DNA of 64,000 nucleotides from Camelus dromedarius (GCF_036321535.1 NC_087437.1:36210001-36274000); one strand, 5' to 3'. Shown: positions 40,006 through 53,596, counted from the stretch's first letter. Notes: generated by a model from the letters alone, not told the origin. A program made the numbers and translations.

Positions 40006-42912
40006 ACCCGTAGACCAAACAAAAACCCAGAAACTAAGCACCATTCACTGTCAATAGCCCAAGTTTAGAAATGTGCAGTGTTTCTTCAAAGTCCAAGAGA
40101 AGATGATCCTCCCTTCCCTCAATGTTCTTCTCAGCCCGTGGTGCTCCATGCCAAAACTGGTAACATGCAGCTCTTAGATTCACCCACTCTACTACCCCAC
40201 TGCGATGTAAGCTGCCAACACATTTGGGGCATAGCAATTCTCAGTTTTCAGCATCCAACAGATTTCAAACCCAGGAAATTTTTCTTCTTTGACAAATTTA
40301 ATGCAAAAACTTGCCCATTAGTTTTGTCTTTATATTGATACTAACATGCTGAGAGTCCTGTATTATCTACACTGGTTTTTGATACTCGGCTTTTAACACA
40401 AAGTTTTTCTCTGAATCAAAATTTAACTTTTAATACCATTTAATAATGTCAATGGAATGTTTAAAGCACAATAAAATTATATTTGGGCTTTATTAGTTAA
40501 AAAAAAAGTCTACCATTGATTCATGGTTGGAAAGGTCTAACAACTCAAGCCCTGGCTTTTTATGCAAATCTCCCCATTCTTTCCTCAATATTATTAAATG
40601 CTGTCAAACATGTACTGAAGTTTCACCTCACAAGATAAACATTGTCCTCAATTATAGGATTAATCTTCTATCTAGTTTCTGTTTACAGGATTTGTAAAAA
40701 GTTTTTCCTAATATATGTTATTGTTTCCAACAATACTCTGATGCTAGGCTATTTTGTAGAAAAAGCATCAATTGCTATTTTAATTTTCCTTGAAGTTTTA
40801 TAATTATGAAAATAGTTATTTATACCACATTGAATCACTTTTGCCCTGAATTTCAATTTCTTAAAAAAACTTTCATAATATCAAAATTAAGTATTTGTGT
40901 TGGTTTGATATGTCATTTCTTGAATATCTATGTTACACTTAGGTATATCTCTTATGAATAGCTTATGTATTGTATTTTATACAATAGGAGTCTGTTTTCT
41001 TTGAATTTATATATTGTATATTTTCAAAGCTGATTTGTTAGATGTAAACAGTGTTTTGGGTTATATTTATATGGCAAAATGATACCTACTCTTATTTGCA
41101 TAAAGAATTTTCTATAGACATTCCAGGATGAGATTGATTCTGCATGTTACTCATTTTTTGCATGACTTTTGACTCCTAAGTGTACACTGCTTTCATAAAG
41201 GTATAGCTACTAATGGAATCCTGTCACAAGAGAGTATAATGAGTATTTTAAATACATGTGAGTAGATTCTAATCGAAGTAAAAATCTCTTTTCTATAGCA
41301 CTGTTCTCACTTATCTTAGGTTATTCTTTTAAAAAAATGTTTTCTAATTTGCTTTCATTTCTTTTTTTTTTTTTTCTTTCTGGTTAGTTTTGTTGTTGTT
41401 GCTTTCCACCTTTATAGGTAGGTCTACATTTTACTAGTGACTGTTTTAAAACATTCAAAAACCAGTATTTTTTGTTTATTAAGACCTAACTTTAAACTGT
41501 GAGGACTGGCACCACCCTAAGTAAAATTAGGAAATTATCAAATGTTCTCTTCATCTTTAATCAATTATTTTGATTGTTACCAAAATTAATCTATAATTTG
41601 ACTGACTTTACTTCTAAATACCTTTTTTAGGGATATTTTATATTTGCATTTTTGCAAACATAACCGTTGTTTCTACTCAACCCAATCATTTCTACTCGGT
41701 GCTTTCAATTCTCGCTACAACTCTATTTACTTCAATATTCCTGAGATATTCTGAACCTATGAATATGATTCTCCATCTATGAGTAGAAAAATTGTTGAGT
41801 GTGCACATTTGTTACTTTCCCAAATGCAGGATATCTTCAACTTGGTTCACAGCTTGGGTAAAACATTCTTAAAATAGTTTGATTGTAAGAAATATGAAAC
41901 AATGAAATATTCAAAAGAAAGATTTTAAAAATCTTCTGAACAATGAAAATATCTACCTTCTAAGACTGAGACATTTAACCAGAGAATTAAATTTTTATTT
42001 TATACTTTTTAAACACTGTGAGACAACAGTATCCTAATTTTTGTTCATAGTTGTTCCAATTTCTAGAAAAACCTAAGAAAATGAATTAGAAGATTCTAAA
42101 GCCCAAAAGCATGAAAGCATGAAACTGACAACCATGTACATTTCAACTTTTGGAAAAGGAATTCACTATTACTACATAAATTAATCCTAGCCAGTGGAGA
42201 TATTTATAATCAATTGTAATGCACATGCATTGGAAATGCAGTAATTACAGGAATAAGCCTATAATTTGATGAAATCAGGGTTATGGATTAATGTAGTAGC
42301 ACAGCCTCTTCAGAAGAACTATGGAAAGTGCTGAGTGGTGTCATTTCGAAGGTTTAGGTTCCCAATGAAGGTTTTGAGAAGAATTTAAGGGAAGTGGGGG
42401 TGAGTTGCAGATGGTTTTGCTTCTAACGCTGATTAGAAAGGGAAATTCACTAAGTACAGGGTGCTGCCCTCATGACAGTAAGGACATCCAACAGCACCAC
42501 TGTTTTGTGTGTGTTTAAAAGGCAGTATCACTGAGAAGGACTGGTTACAGCATTTTATAGCTACCACATGACCTTGAGAGAAATTACATTTCTGATAACT
42601 TTGCAGCTGGCTTTCTCTCTATCCTTCCAACCTCACTGAACTGCAGGGCTGCTGTTTTCTTTTTCAGTCTGATGTGATTTTAACTTTTTTGAAACCCAGA
42701 CTGTTTTTTCACTCTTTGAAATGTGAACTTAAAATTTTTAGTTCTTCAAGAAGATTAGTATCAACTTCCAGTCTTGCAACTACAACATCCAAAAAAGAAT
42801 GGCTATTACTTAATGGCCTGGAAGTACTATTTGATGTAAAATAATGATCTCAGACAGTTTTAGCAAAGAAATGAATAAGGCCAAAGGAAGGGAAGAAAAA
42901 AAGTTGACTTAC

Positions 42913-42944
42913 CCTGATTATTTGTCAGAGGGAAAGAATAAGGT
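42913..42944 (-). other. Candidate 32-nt micro-exon (only open frame PYSFPLTNNQ, phase 2 to phase 1)
   Basis: Near-consensus sites: tcttttcttcctttag|acc ... cagg|gtaagt. Confidence 0.35.
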
Positions 42945-43224
42945 CTAAAGGAAGAAAAGAGTAACTATGTGACTTCCATCAAGTATTTGGAAATAGGAAA
43001 AGGGACCATATTGCATCACATGAGATGTTAAGAAAAATGGTTCAGAAGAAACACTTTAGCAAGCAACAGCAGTTGGGGCTCTGGGAGTACAGCTTCACTG
43101 CAAACATAAATGGGCATGACACATGAAGTGGGATAGTCACTGCATCAGGGGTCTGGAAGACATTTTTAGGGCTGAAACAGATGCTTACATGGAAGAAACA
43201 TGAATGTAGGTGCCTTATTTCCCC

Positions 43225-43300
43225 CAACTTTATTGATATAATTTACAATCAGCTCTGTATAAGCTCAAGGTATGCAGCATGATGACCTGACTTACAAATA
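43225..43300 (-). mobile_element. Short L1MA-like 3' end
   Basis: actttattgatataattta...tgtataagctcaaggtatgcagcatgatg. Confidence 0.5.
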
Positions 43301-44726
43301 ATGGTGTATTACATAGATCCCTTATTTTCAATTTGGTAATTCAGCACTGCTCTTGTTATCCCTTTCTGCTATTTGGTAGTCTGAGAAATATTGACAGTAT
43401 TTACAAAAGAACTTATTTCAATTATTTTACTGTTTATTATTCTAAAAATATTTTTATCTGATTAGCACACTAAATATTCAGAGAACCTTACCTATTAATC
43501 TGGTCAACTGCATGTCCAAACAGTCCAATTCAATACTCTGAATACCTTGCAAAGTCCTTCCTGTCTTTTCATCTCCACATGCAATGTTTTGGCCCAGGTT
43601 ATTACTACTAAGTGAATAAAATAATCTTTTATATGGTCCCCTCCCCTGCTTTTGCTCTTGCTTGTTCCATCTACATCGGGCAGCAAAAAGTAGTTTCTGT
43701 AACACTAATATGAAGACTCCAATCTCTTCTCCTCATGCTAAAATAGAATTTGGTAAGAAATAATGAGATGTTGTACTAAAAATAGTTTTAATACTTTGGA
43801 TATACTACAATAGAGTTTTAAAAATCTGTTTCTTAATTTAATGGTAACTTGCTTATTTATAATTGCAGGGAACTTGAGATTTACAAGATCCAACGACCTA
43901 AATATTTTATTGTTTCTCTGTGAACAGTTTGGAAAGACAGACAGCACTCAAAGTTAACATTCTATCAAAATCCATAATATATTATCAAGTGTTTACTTAA
44001 TTTATACTAAAGTATGGATAAACTTCAGCTAAATATAACAGTACCCTGTATTTTCACTATAATTTCCAAACATTTTAAACATAAGTTTCTAAGATTCAAT
44101 CCAGTTTCACTGTCATTTATGACAACTCTTTGCAAATGACAAATCCAGTTGCCATGAGCAGATTAATTTCAACAGCTTATTGAAATACTTTACAGATGTG
44201 TCTAAGTATTAAAATACCACAAGGGTGCAAATACCATCAAGTAAGTATTCTCCTGACAACAGTGGGATATGCATGTGTTCAAATTCCAGATTGTTATAAC
44301 AAATAATGAAACACTAACCAAAAAGAAGAACATTTTATTGGCTTTTTAAAAAAGAATAACATCTATCTTCTACCTTTAAGATAGCTTCATTTTAACATTT
44401 ATTGTGATATAATTAATCTTCTTGGATTTTTTTAAAACTTTGCTTATCTCTTGTATCTTTTAATTCCATAGCTATATTTCTCCAATAGCTTATAATAATT
44501 GTACAGTATTCACTGCCCAGATTATATTGTTTATTAATCTTCTGGTATCTGATGTAACTGAATTAAAGGAAAAATAAAACCCTAAAATATCTTTAAAAAT
44601 GAAATTGCTAGCTATCTTTTAGATGGCTATCATAAATGTGCTCAAATACAAGACCTATTGACCTATTCAGTTAAGGGACTTATAATTTATTGATAATTTT
44701 CTACCATTTTAAAAATAAAAAGATAC

Positions 44727-45275
44727 AAGCACTATTTACCATAGCCAAGGCATGGAAGCAATCTAAATGTCCATGACAGATGACTGCATAAAGAAGCTGT
44801 GGTATATTTATACAATGGAATACTACTCAGCCATAAAAAATAATTAAATAATGCCATTTGAAGCAACATGGATGGACCTAGAGATTACCATACTAAGTGA
44901 AATAAGCCAGAAAAATAAAAGTATCATATGATATCACTTATATACAGAATTTTTAAAAATGAAACAATTGAACCAAACAGAAACAGACCTAAAGACACAG
45001 AAAACAAACTGGGGGGGAGGGGGAAGGGGGTAGGAAGGGATAAAATGGGAGTTCAAGATTAGCAGATACTAACTACTATATATAAAATAGATAAGCAACA
45101 AGGTCCTGCTGTATAGCACAGGGAGTTGTATTCAATATCTTGTAATAGCCTACAATGAAAAAGGATAGGAAAAGTAATATATATAAAACTGAGTCACTAT
45201 GCTGTACAACAGAAACTAACATAACACTGTAAATTGACTACACTTCAATTAAAAAAGATAAAGAAAAAAAGAAAA
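44727..45275 (+). mobile_element. 5'-truncated artiodactyl-type L1 3' end
   Basis: ORF2 terminus (gcactatttaccatagccaag...tacaatggaatactactcagcc), G-rich tract at 45011-45040, A-rich tail. Confidence 0.92.
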
Positions 45276-45769
45276 ACTAAAATTCAAAGCAACAGGGGAA
45301 GTATAATTTATCCCTGCGACAAATTAACTTGGTTAACTTGTTATTGAAGAAAGGCATCTTACTTTATGGAATATATTCAATGAAGAAGCTATTTTATTAG
45401 GGCAGTTCAACTGTGACCACAGAATTTTTAGAGGTCCATAGATGAGAAAAGAATTTAATACAGCATTTATTATGATAATTCAAAAAAATTTCCTGACCCT
45501 ATCATCTAAATGGGAAATTAAATTCAATATTCAAGTAAAATAGAGAGAGGGAAAATCATTAAAAGAACTTTTGGAAGCCATTTATCTAACTCTCTCCTTG
45601 TACTTTCTGGGGGTGATAGTGATGGTATATATATGCTTTATTTAATTAGATGATATAACATTCTATATTCTAAGCCCACAGAAAATTCCAGAGATCTCCT
45701 TAGGCTCCTTTATTAACTCATTTAATGATGGGGTTATCAATTTCCAGGCTGGAGTGTTTGCTGTTATTC

Positions 45770-46290
45770 CACTTATTTGTCCTTGCATAACAAATAGCCC
45801 AAATTTAGTGACTCATCTACACAAACAAAATCTTTCCTGTGGTTCAGTGAGTTGACTAAGGTCAGGTGAGTGACCCTCACTTGAGGTTTCCTATTTGGGT
45901 ACAGTCAAAGGAAACGACGCACTAACCTGAGTAGTACTTATGCCTGATTTCTGGCTGGGAACTAAGCTGGAGTTGGAGACCAGAATTCCTGCATGTGACC
46001 TTGACACAGTGGGCTTCTCTTCTCACAGTGTGGTGTTTGGTTCCTGAGTGAGAGCATTACAAGAGTGAGTGCCCCTAAGAAGTAGCAGATGCTTGTTGCT
46101 AGGCCAGCATCATTCCTGACATATTCTAATGACAGAACACTCACCCTATACTTGCCTGATTGAAAAAAAAAATAAAGGGGAAAAAAGTAATATACTCCTG
46201 TTTTTGATGGGAAAAAAATGCAAAGCCACATTAAGAAAAGAGCATATGAAATAGGAACTACTGTTGCAACTCTCCTCGGAAAATACACTG
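45770..46290 (-). mobile_element. Old MaLR LTR (MLT1-like)
   Basis: tgcataacaaatagcccaaatttagtgact, gtgggcttctc...acagtgtggtg, tgatggga...gcaaagccacatt. Confidence 0.65.
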
Positions 46291-46798
46291 TCATATTTAT
46301 CATAAAAATAGATTAGGACACATAACACTATCCCCATTAAATATTTAGCCATGTAAACTTTTGCCAACCATCCTTACCTTTATCCCAAATAGATAGACCT
46401 GTGTAAGTTTCAGATCTTGATTTATATTCCATGTAGCTAGTATGATGGAGTACTGCATTAATTAGGCTTGGATCAGCAGCTTGGTTACAAGGTAGGAGAG
46501 AGTTTCTCTCACTACAAAACTAACACCTTATAAATGTACTCCAACTCACAGGATGAATTCAGTTTAAGAATGAGAAAGGTAAAGCATATAAATTCCCATT
46601 AAGACAAGACTGATAAAATGTAAGTGAGTAGATAAACTTAGCTTCTGTTGGCTCATTAGGTCACTGTTTATCCTTCCACAAAATGTTGGCAGCCTGTACT
46701 AAGATGTTATAATTCCCTAATATGAGAACATGAGGTAGCAACATCTACTAACCCTTATTAATCAGAAATTACCTTATTTCTTCAACATCAGATTGTTT

Positions 46799-48060
46799 GG
46801 GGAGAGACGGAGAAGATGGCGGAGTAGAAGGACGCTCGCAGGTCACCCTCTCCCACAAATACACCAAGACCCACATCTACAGACCCACTCAGCCAACCAG
46901 AGCACCTGTGGAACTCCGACAGAACATCGCCCTCTTCAAAAGATAAAGACGCCAAAAATCTGGTAGGAGAAAAGGAAAAAAGAAAGAACAAAAGGCAAAG
47001 CAGCGCAGGACAGGTCCCGCGGGGAGGGAGCGGCAAAGGAGGACTGGCGCTTGCTCGCTGGGTCTCCCCTCTCCAACTGAGAGGCCAGCGGGATGGAAGG
47101 GGAGCCTCCGAGGCTCGCATCTGTACAGAGCAGCCCTTGACTAACAGAACTAAGTTAAACGGACACAGAGCATCCCCCCGACACCCAGCCTGAGACGCGG
47201 GCCGGCAGTGGCGGGCAGGGCCAGGCTGCACAAGCCGGGCGGAGGACGGAAGTGGCTGCACAGAGGCAGCCCCAGGGGAACGCAAGGGGCTGCGCGCCTT
47301 GGCTGTGGGTGCACAGGGCAGAACAACCTGGGCCCTCCATAAAACAGCAAGGTTGATGTGCTCTCGGGGGAAGGGTGCACACCCCCATCTCTGAAAACCC
47401 GCGGAAAGTTTTTGGGAGAAGAGAGGCGGGGCTCAGGCACAGCCGCCATATCCTCCGCGCTGAGCACTCAGGCGGGGGCGGGGGCGAAACCTGCATCCGC
47501 ACCGAAGGGCTTAGCAGCCCCAAAGGCCAGACTGAGACTGGCCTGCAGCCCAGGGCAGATAGGATCCTTCCATCCTGGTCCCTCAGAGAACTTGCTCCAC
47601 AAAGACAAACAAGGAGCTGGGTTTTGGCTCGGAGCAGGGACAGGGCTGTCCCTTGGTCTACCCGAGCCAACCTGCGGAGCGCCAACCAGGGCGGAGCGCC
47701 AACCAGGGCGGAGCGCGCAGCCGCACAGAGAGCGGAGCTACCGGCGGCGCAGGTAGAGGGAGAGCGGCCCGCCGCCTTTCGGGCAGGAACACAGCCCCTG
47801 ACCGAGGTGCTGGGAGGGGGCACGACCCGCCCTCCTACCCGGCCAGTCTGCAACATCTGACTGAGGCATCCTGAGGGGCAGCGACCCGCCCGCCCACAGC
47901 AGAGAGCTGCACCTGACCCAGTGTTAGGAGGAGGCGCGATCTGCTTGCCGACAGGTGCTGGGAGCAGCACAGAAGAGGGCACCAAAGGAGGGCCTCTGAA
48001 AACAGCAAGCTGAGCTTCCAAAACAGGAGGAAGACAGAAAGACTTCACAGTGAAAGCACA
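46799..48060 (+). promoter_or_regulatory. L1 internal promoter / CpG-rich 5' UTR with a YY1-type site
   Basis: The only CpG-dense block in the window; aagatggcg at 46813-46821 (YY1 core of mammalian L1 5' ends). Confidence 0.85.
47674..47716 (+). repeat. 17-bp tandem repeat x2.5 (gcggagcgccaaccagg)
   Basis: Exact copies at 47674 and 47691; partial copy at 47708. Confidence 0.95.
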
Positions 48061-48495
48061 CAGACTCCAGGAGAACACCAACAAACCCCCCACCCTTTTT
48101 TTTTTAAATCTCTTTTTACCTGTTCTATTTTCTATTACTCTCTTAATTCTTACTTCTTAATTCATTTCTATTTCTCTTGGGTTTTGATGTCCTGCTATTG
48201 ATTAGACACAGGTTTCAAATACATCTATTCATCTCCCCCCCCCCTTTTTTTTGTAAAGGTTTTAAAAGGACGTCTCAACCCGATTAATACTCTGCTTCAG
48301 CTGACTCTTCTATTATTCATTATACACTGTTTTCAAACCCTCTTTCTCCCTTCTTTTAAAATTCTTTCTCTCTCTCTCTCTTATTTATTTTTCTTTTTTT
48401 CCTAAGTTCTATTCCTAAATAGGCATTAGATAGATAAAATCCTTAAGGACCAAAATAAACAACTGATACTCCATAAACCACAGTGCCAAAGAGGT

Positions 48496-49398
48496 ATGAG
48501 CAAGATGAAGAAACAGAAAAACCTTTCCCAATTAAAAGAACAAGAGAAATCCCCTGAAAGAAAGATCAATGAAATAGACATCGATAGCCTACTAGATCAA
48601 GATTTCAAAAAAGGAGTGATCGAATTGCTGAAGGAATTAAAAGAGTGTTTAGAGATACAAAGTATGTCAAAAATGAAATTGAAGCTATAAAGAAGAGCCA
48701 AGTAGAATGGGTAAACTCATTGACAGAGATGAGGAATGATCTAATAGCTGTGCAAAGCCGACTAGATAATGCAGAGGAACGAATTAGTGATCTAGAAGAC
48801 AGGGCAATAGAAAGCACCCATTCAGAAGAACTACAAGAGAAGCAAATAAAAAATAATGAAAATAGCATAAGGGACCTATGGGATAATATAAAGCGTCCCA
48901 ATCTTCGCATAATAGGGGTCCCAGAAGGAGAAGAAAGATCAAAGGGGATTGAAAAGGTTTTTGAAGAAATCATGACTGAAAACTTCCCAAACTTAAAGAA
49001 GGAATCAGATATCCAAGTACAGGAAGCTCAGAGGGTCCCAAACAGGAAGAACCCAAATAGACCCACACCAAGACATATCATAATCAAGATGGCCAGAGTC
49101 AAGGATAAAGAAATTATTCTAAAGGCAGCAAGAGAAAAAGCAAAGAGTAAGTTACAAGGGAACCCCCCATTAGGCTCTCAGCTGATTTCTCTACACAAAC
49201 ACTACAGGCCAGAAGGGAGTGGCAAGATATATTCAAAGCCCTGAATGAAAAAAAGATGCAGCCTAGGATCCTTTATCCAGCAAGGCTATCCTTGAGGGTA
49301 CAAGGAGAAATAAAGAGTTTCACAGACAAAAAAAAAAGCTGCAGGAGTTTAGCAACACTAAACCCATGCTAAAAGAAATATTGAAAGGGCTATTCTAA
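48496..49398 (+). pseudogene. L1 ORF1p (coiled coil, RRM, CTD), frameshifted
   Basis: MSKMKKQKN...; RDLWDNIKRPNLRIIGVPEGEE; TPRHIIIKM; ends LKGLF*. Frameshifts near 48645, 49138, 49165 and 49330. Confidence 0.95.
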
Positions 49399-49802
49399 AT
49401 AGAAAAGCAGCAGGATGCTACAGAAATGAGAAACACACAACTGGAAAGGTGGTAACTCATGAATTACAAATAAAGTAAACATGAAATTATAAAAGAAGAC
49501 ATACAATTCACTGAGAGTGGGAGAGGGAGGCAGGGAAATATAGAATATTTTTTTCTTTCTTTTTAAAATTTTTTTAACAGTAGGATGGGTTTGAGATCAT
49601 GTTACTATCAGTTTAATAAAAACAGTTATAGTAATGGGTTGATAGATTTACAAAAAAGGGTAACCACAAGCCAAAAACTTACAAAGGAGTCACAAAAATT
49701 AAATAAAATCCATGATAATAAAAAGGAAAATTACCAAACCACAAAAGGAAGAAGAAAGGAACAAAGAAGATACACCAATTCAACTGCAAAATTAAGTTCA
49801 AA

Positions 49803-52800
49803 ATGGCAATAAACACACATCTATCATTAATTACTGTAAATGTTAATGGACTAAATGCTCCAGTCAAAAGACACAGAGTGGCAGACTGGATAATAAAGCA
49901 AGAACCTTCAATATGCTGCATACAAGAGACCCACTTTAGGGAGAAGGACACATATAGATTGAGAGTGAAAGGATGGAAAAGGATATTCCATGCAAATGGA
50001 AAAGCCAAAAAAGCAGGTGTTGCAGTACTGATTTCAGACAAAATAGACTTTAAAACAAAGGCCATAAAGAAAGATAAAGAAGGACATTTTATAATGATTA
50101 AAGGAGTGATACAAGATGAGGATATTACACTCATTAATATATATGCACCCAATATAGGAGCACCTAAGTACATACAAGAATTACTAACAGAGATAAAGGG
50201 GGATATTGATGGGAATACAATCATAGTTGGAGATTTTAACACTGCATTAACATCACTAGACAGATCTTCCAGACAAAAAATAAACAAGGCAACAGAGAAA
50301 TTAAAACTACAATAGAAAAACTAGATTTGGTGGATATTTTCAGAGCATTACACCCCCCAAAAATAGGATATACATTCTTTTCAAGTGCACATGGAACATT
50401 TTCCAGGATCGATCATGTACTTGGGCACAAAAGAATCCTCAACAATTTTAAGAAGATAGAAATTATCTCAAGCATCTTTACTGACCACAATGCCATGAAA
50501 CTGGAAATCAACAACAGAGAAACAAAGGAGAAAAAAAGGAAAGCATGGAGATTAAATAATATGTTATTGAAAAAACAATGGATCAATGAGGAAATCAAAG
50601 CTGAAATTAAAAAATACCTTGAGACAAATGATAATGAAAGCACAACCACTCAAAACCTATGGGACACAGCAAAGGCAGTGCTAAGAGGGAAGTTTATAGC
50701 GATACAGGCCTTCCTCAAAAAAGAAGAACAATCTCAAATAAACAATTTAACCCACCACCTGAATGAATTAGAAAAAGAAGAACAAAAAGCCCCAAAAAGC
50801 AGCAGAAGGAAGGAAATAATAAAGATCAGAGAGGAATTAAATACGATAGAGATTAACAAGACCATAGAAAAAATCAACCAAACCAAAAGCTGGTTTTTTG
50901 AAAAAGTAAATAAAATCGACAAACCTCTGGCCAAACTCACAAAGAAGAAAAAAGAGAGAGCACAAAATAGCAAAATAAGAAAGGAAAATGGAGAAATTAC
51001 AACAAACAAAATAGAAATACGGAATATCATACGAGAATATTATGAAAAACTATATGGAACCAAACTGGATAACCTAGAGGAGATGGACAAGTTTCTGGAA
51101 ACATACTGTCCACCAAAACTGAATCAAGAAGAATCTGAACACTTGAACAATCCGATCCCTAGAAAGGAAATAGAAATAGCAATTAAAAACCTCCCTACAA
51201 ATAAAAGTCCAGGACCGGACGGCTTCACCGGGGAATTCTACCAAACATACAAAGAAGAACTCATACCAGTCCTTCTCAAACTCTTCCAGACGATTGAAAA
51301 GGAGGGAATACTCCCAAACTCATTCTATGAAGCCACCATCACCCTGATACCAAAACCAGGCAAAGACACTACAAAAAAAGAGAATTATAGGCCAATATCA
51401 CTGATGAACATAGACGCCAAAATCCTCACCAAAATTTTAGCAAATAGAATCCAACACATAAAAAAGATTATACATCATGACCAAGTGGGGTTCATCCCAG
51501 GGACACAAGGCTGGTTCAACATATGCAAATCAATCAGTGTAATACATCACATCAACAAGAGAAAGGACAAAAACCACATGATCATCTCAATCGATGCAGA
51601 AAAAGCATTTGATAAAATTCAACACCCATTTATGAGAAAAACTCTCGCCAAAGTGGGTATAGAGGGAACGTATCTCAACATAATAAAAGCTATATATGAC
51701 AAACCTACAGCCAGCATAGTACTCAACGGTGAAAAACTCAAAAGCTTCCCACTAAAATCTGGGACAAGACAAGGATGCCCACTATCACCACTCCTATTCA
51801 ACATAGTCCTGGAAGTCCTAGCCACAGCAGTCAGGCAAGAGAAAGAAATAAAAGGGATCCAAATTGGAAAACAAGAGGTAGAAGTGTCATTATATGCTGA
51901 TGACATGTTACTATATATAGAAAACCCTAAAAGGTCCACACAAAAGCTACTAGAGCTGATTGAAGAATTCAGCAAGGTAGCAGGTTACAAAATTAACGTT
52001 CAAAAATCAGTTGCATTTCTTTACACTAACGATAAATCAACAGAAAAAGAAAGTAAAGAAACAATCCCCTTTAAAATAGCACCCAAAGTAATAAAATATC
52101 TGGGAATAAGTCTAACCAAGGAGGTGAAAGAATTATACACAGAAAACTATAAACCATTGATGAAGGAAATTAAAGAAGACTTTAAAAAATGGAAAGATAT
52201 TCCATGCTCTTAGATTGGAAGAATCAATATTGTTAAAATGGTCACACTGCCCAAGGCAATCTACAGATTTAATGCAATCCCTATCCAATTACCCAGGACA
52301 TATTTCACAGAACTAGAAAAAATCATAATAAAATTCATATGGAACCATCAAAGACCTAGAATTGCCAAAGCATTACTGAAGAGAAAGAAAGAGGCTGGAG
52401 GAATAACTCTCCCAGACTTCAGACAATACTACAGAGCTACGGTCATCAAGACAGCATGGTATTGGTACCAAAACAGACATATAGACCAATGGAACAGAAT
52501 AGAGAGCCCAGAAATGAACCCACAAACTTTTGGTCAACTCATCTTCGACAAAGGAGGCAAGAATATACATTGGAATAAAGACAGTCTCTTCAGCAAATGG
52601 TGTTGGGAAAACTGGACAGCAGCATGTAAAACAATGAAGCTAGAACATTCCCTTACACCATATACAAAAATCAACTCAAAATGGATTAAAGACTTAAACA
52701 TAAGACAAGATACAATAAACCTCCTAGAGGAAAACATAGGCAAAACACTATCTGACATACATCTCAAAAATTTTCTCCTAGAAGAAATAAAAGCAAGAAT

Positions 52801-53596
52801 CAACAAATGGGACCTAATGAAACTTACAAGCTTCTGCACAGCAAAGGAAACCAGAAATAAAACAAGAAGAAAACCTACGGAATGGGAGAAAATTTTTGCA
52901 AGTGAAACCGACAAAGGCTTGATCTCCAGAATATATAAGCAGCTCATACGACTCAATAAGAAAAAAATAAACAACCCAATCCAAAAATGGGCAGAAGACC
53001 TAAACAAGCAATTCTCCAAGGAAGACATACAAATGATCAAAAAGCACATGAAAAAATGCTCCATATCACTAATTATCAGAGAAATGCAAATCAAAACTAC
53101 AATGAGGTATCACCTCACACCAGTCAGAATGGCCGTCATTCAAAAATCCACAAATGACAAATGCTGGAGAGGCTGTGGAGAAAGGGGAACCCTCCCACAC
53201 TGCTGGTGGGAATGCAGTTTGGTGCAGCCACTATGGAAAACAGTGTGGAGATTCCTCAAAAGACTAGGAATAGACTTACCCTATGACCCAGGAATCCCAC
53301 TCCTGGGCTTGTGTCCAGAAGGAAATCTACTTCAGGATGACACCTGCACCCCAATGTTCATAGCAGCACTATTTACAATAGCCAAAACATGGAAACAGCC
53401 TACATGTCCATCAACAGGTGACTGGATAAAGCAGAAGTGATATATTTATACAATGGAATACTACTCAGCCATAAAAACCGACAACATAATGCCATTAGCA
53501 GCAACATGGATGCTCCTGGAGAATGTCATTCTAAGTGAAGTAAGCCAGAAAGAGAAAGAAAAATACCATATGAGATCGCTCATATGTGGAATCTAA
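49803..53596 (+). pseudogene. L1 ORF2p (APE endonuclease, reverse transcriptase, Cys-rich C-terminus), disrupted
   Basis: NVNGLN, QETH, GDFN, TDHN, QGCPLSP, YADD (51893-51904), [18 protein letters not shown]. Frameshift at ~50305; stops at 52211-52213 and 53438-53440. Confidence 0.97.

Noticed and set aside
40034..40338. Overlapping ORFs in a slightly GC-richer patch
   Set aside because: No coherent splice or start context and no homology recognised.
46691..46707. agcctgtactaagatgt resembling the 3' flank agcctcgagcaagatgt as a displaced TSD
   Set aside because: Only 13/17 identity, too diverged for so young an element; likely chance.
47674..47716. CRISPR-like array or prokaryotic RT/retron-type system
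   Set aside because: The repeats are spacerless tandem copies, the only RT is canonical LINE-1 ORF2, and the context is mammalian.
48605..53094. Long minus-strand ORFs over L1 ORF1/ORF2 (e.g. 49679-50287, 52534-53094), and similar ones at 1602-1985 and 22408-22899
   Set aside because: These are antisense shadows of A-rich L1 coding sequence with no independent protein features.
52211..53440. Two TGG-to-stop G>A changes as APOBEC3 editing
   Set aside because: Only two events, one in an atypical context, and no visible hypermutation.
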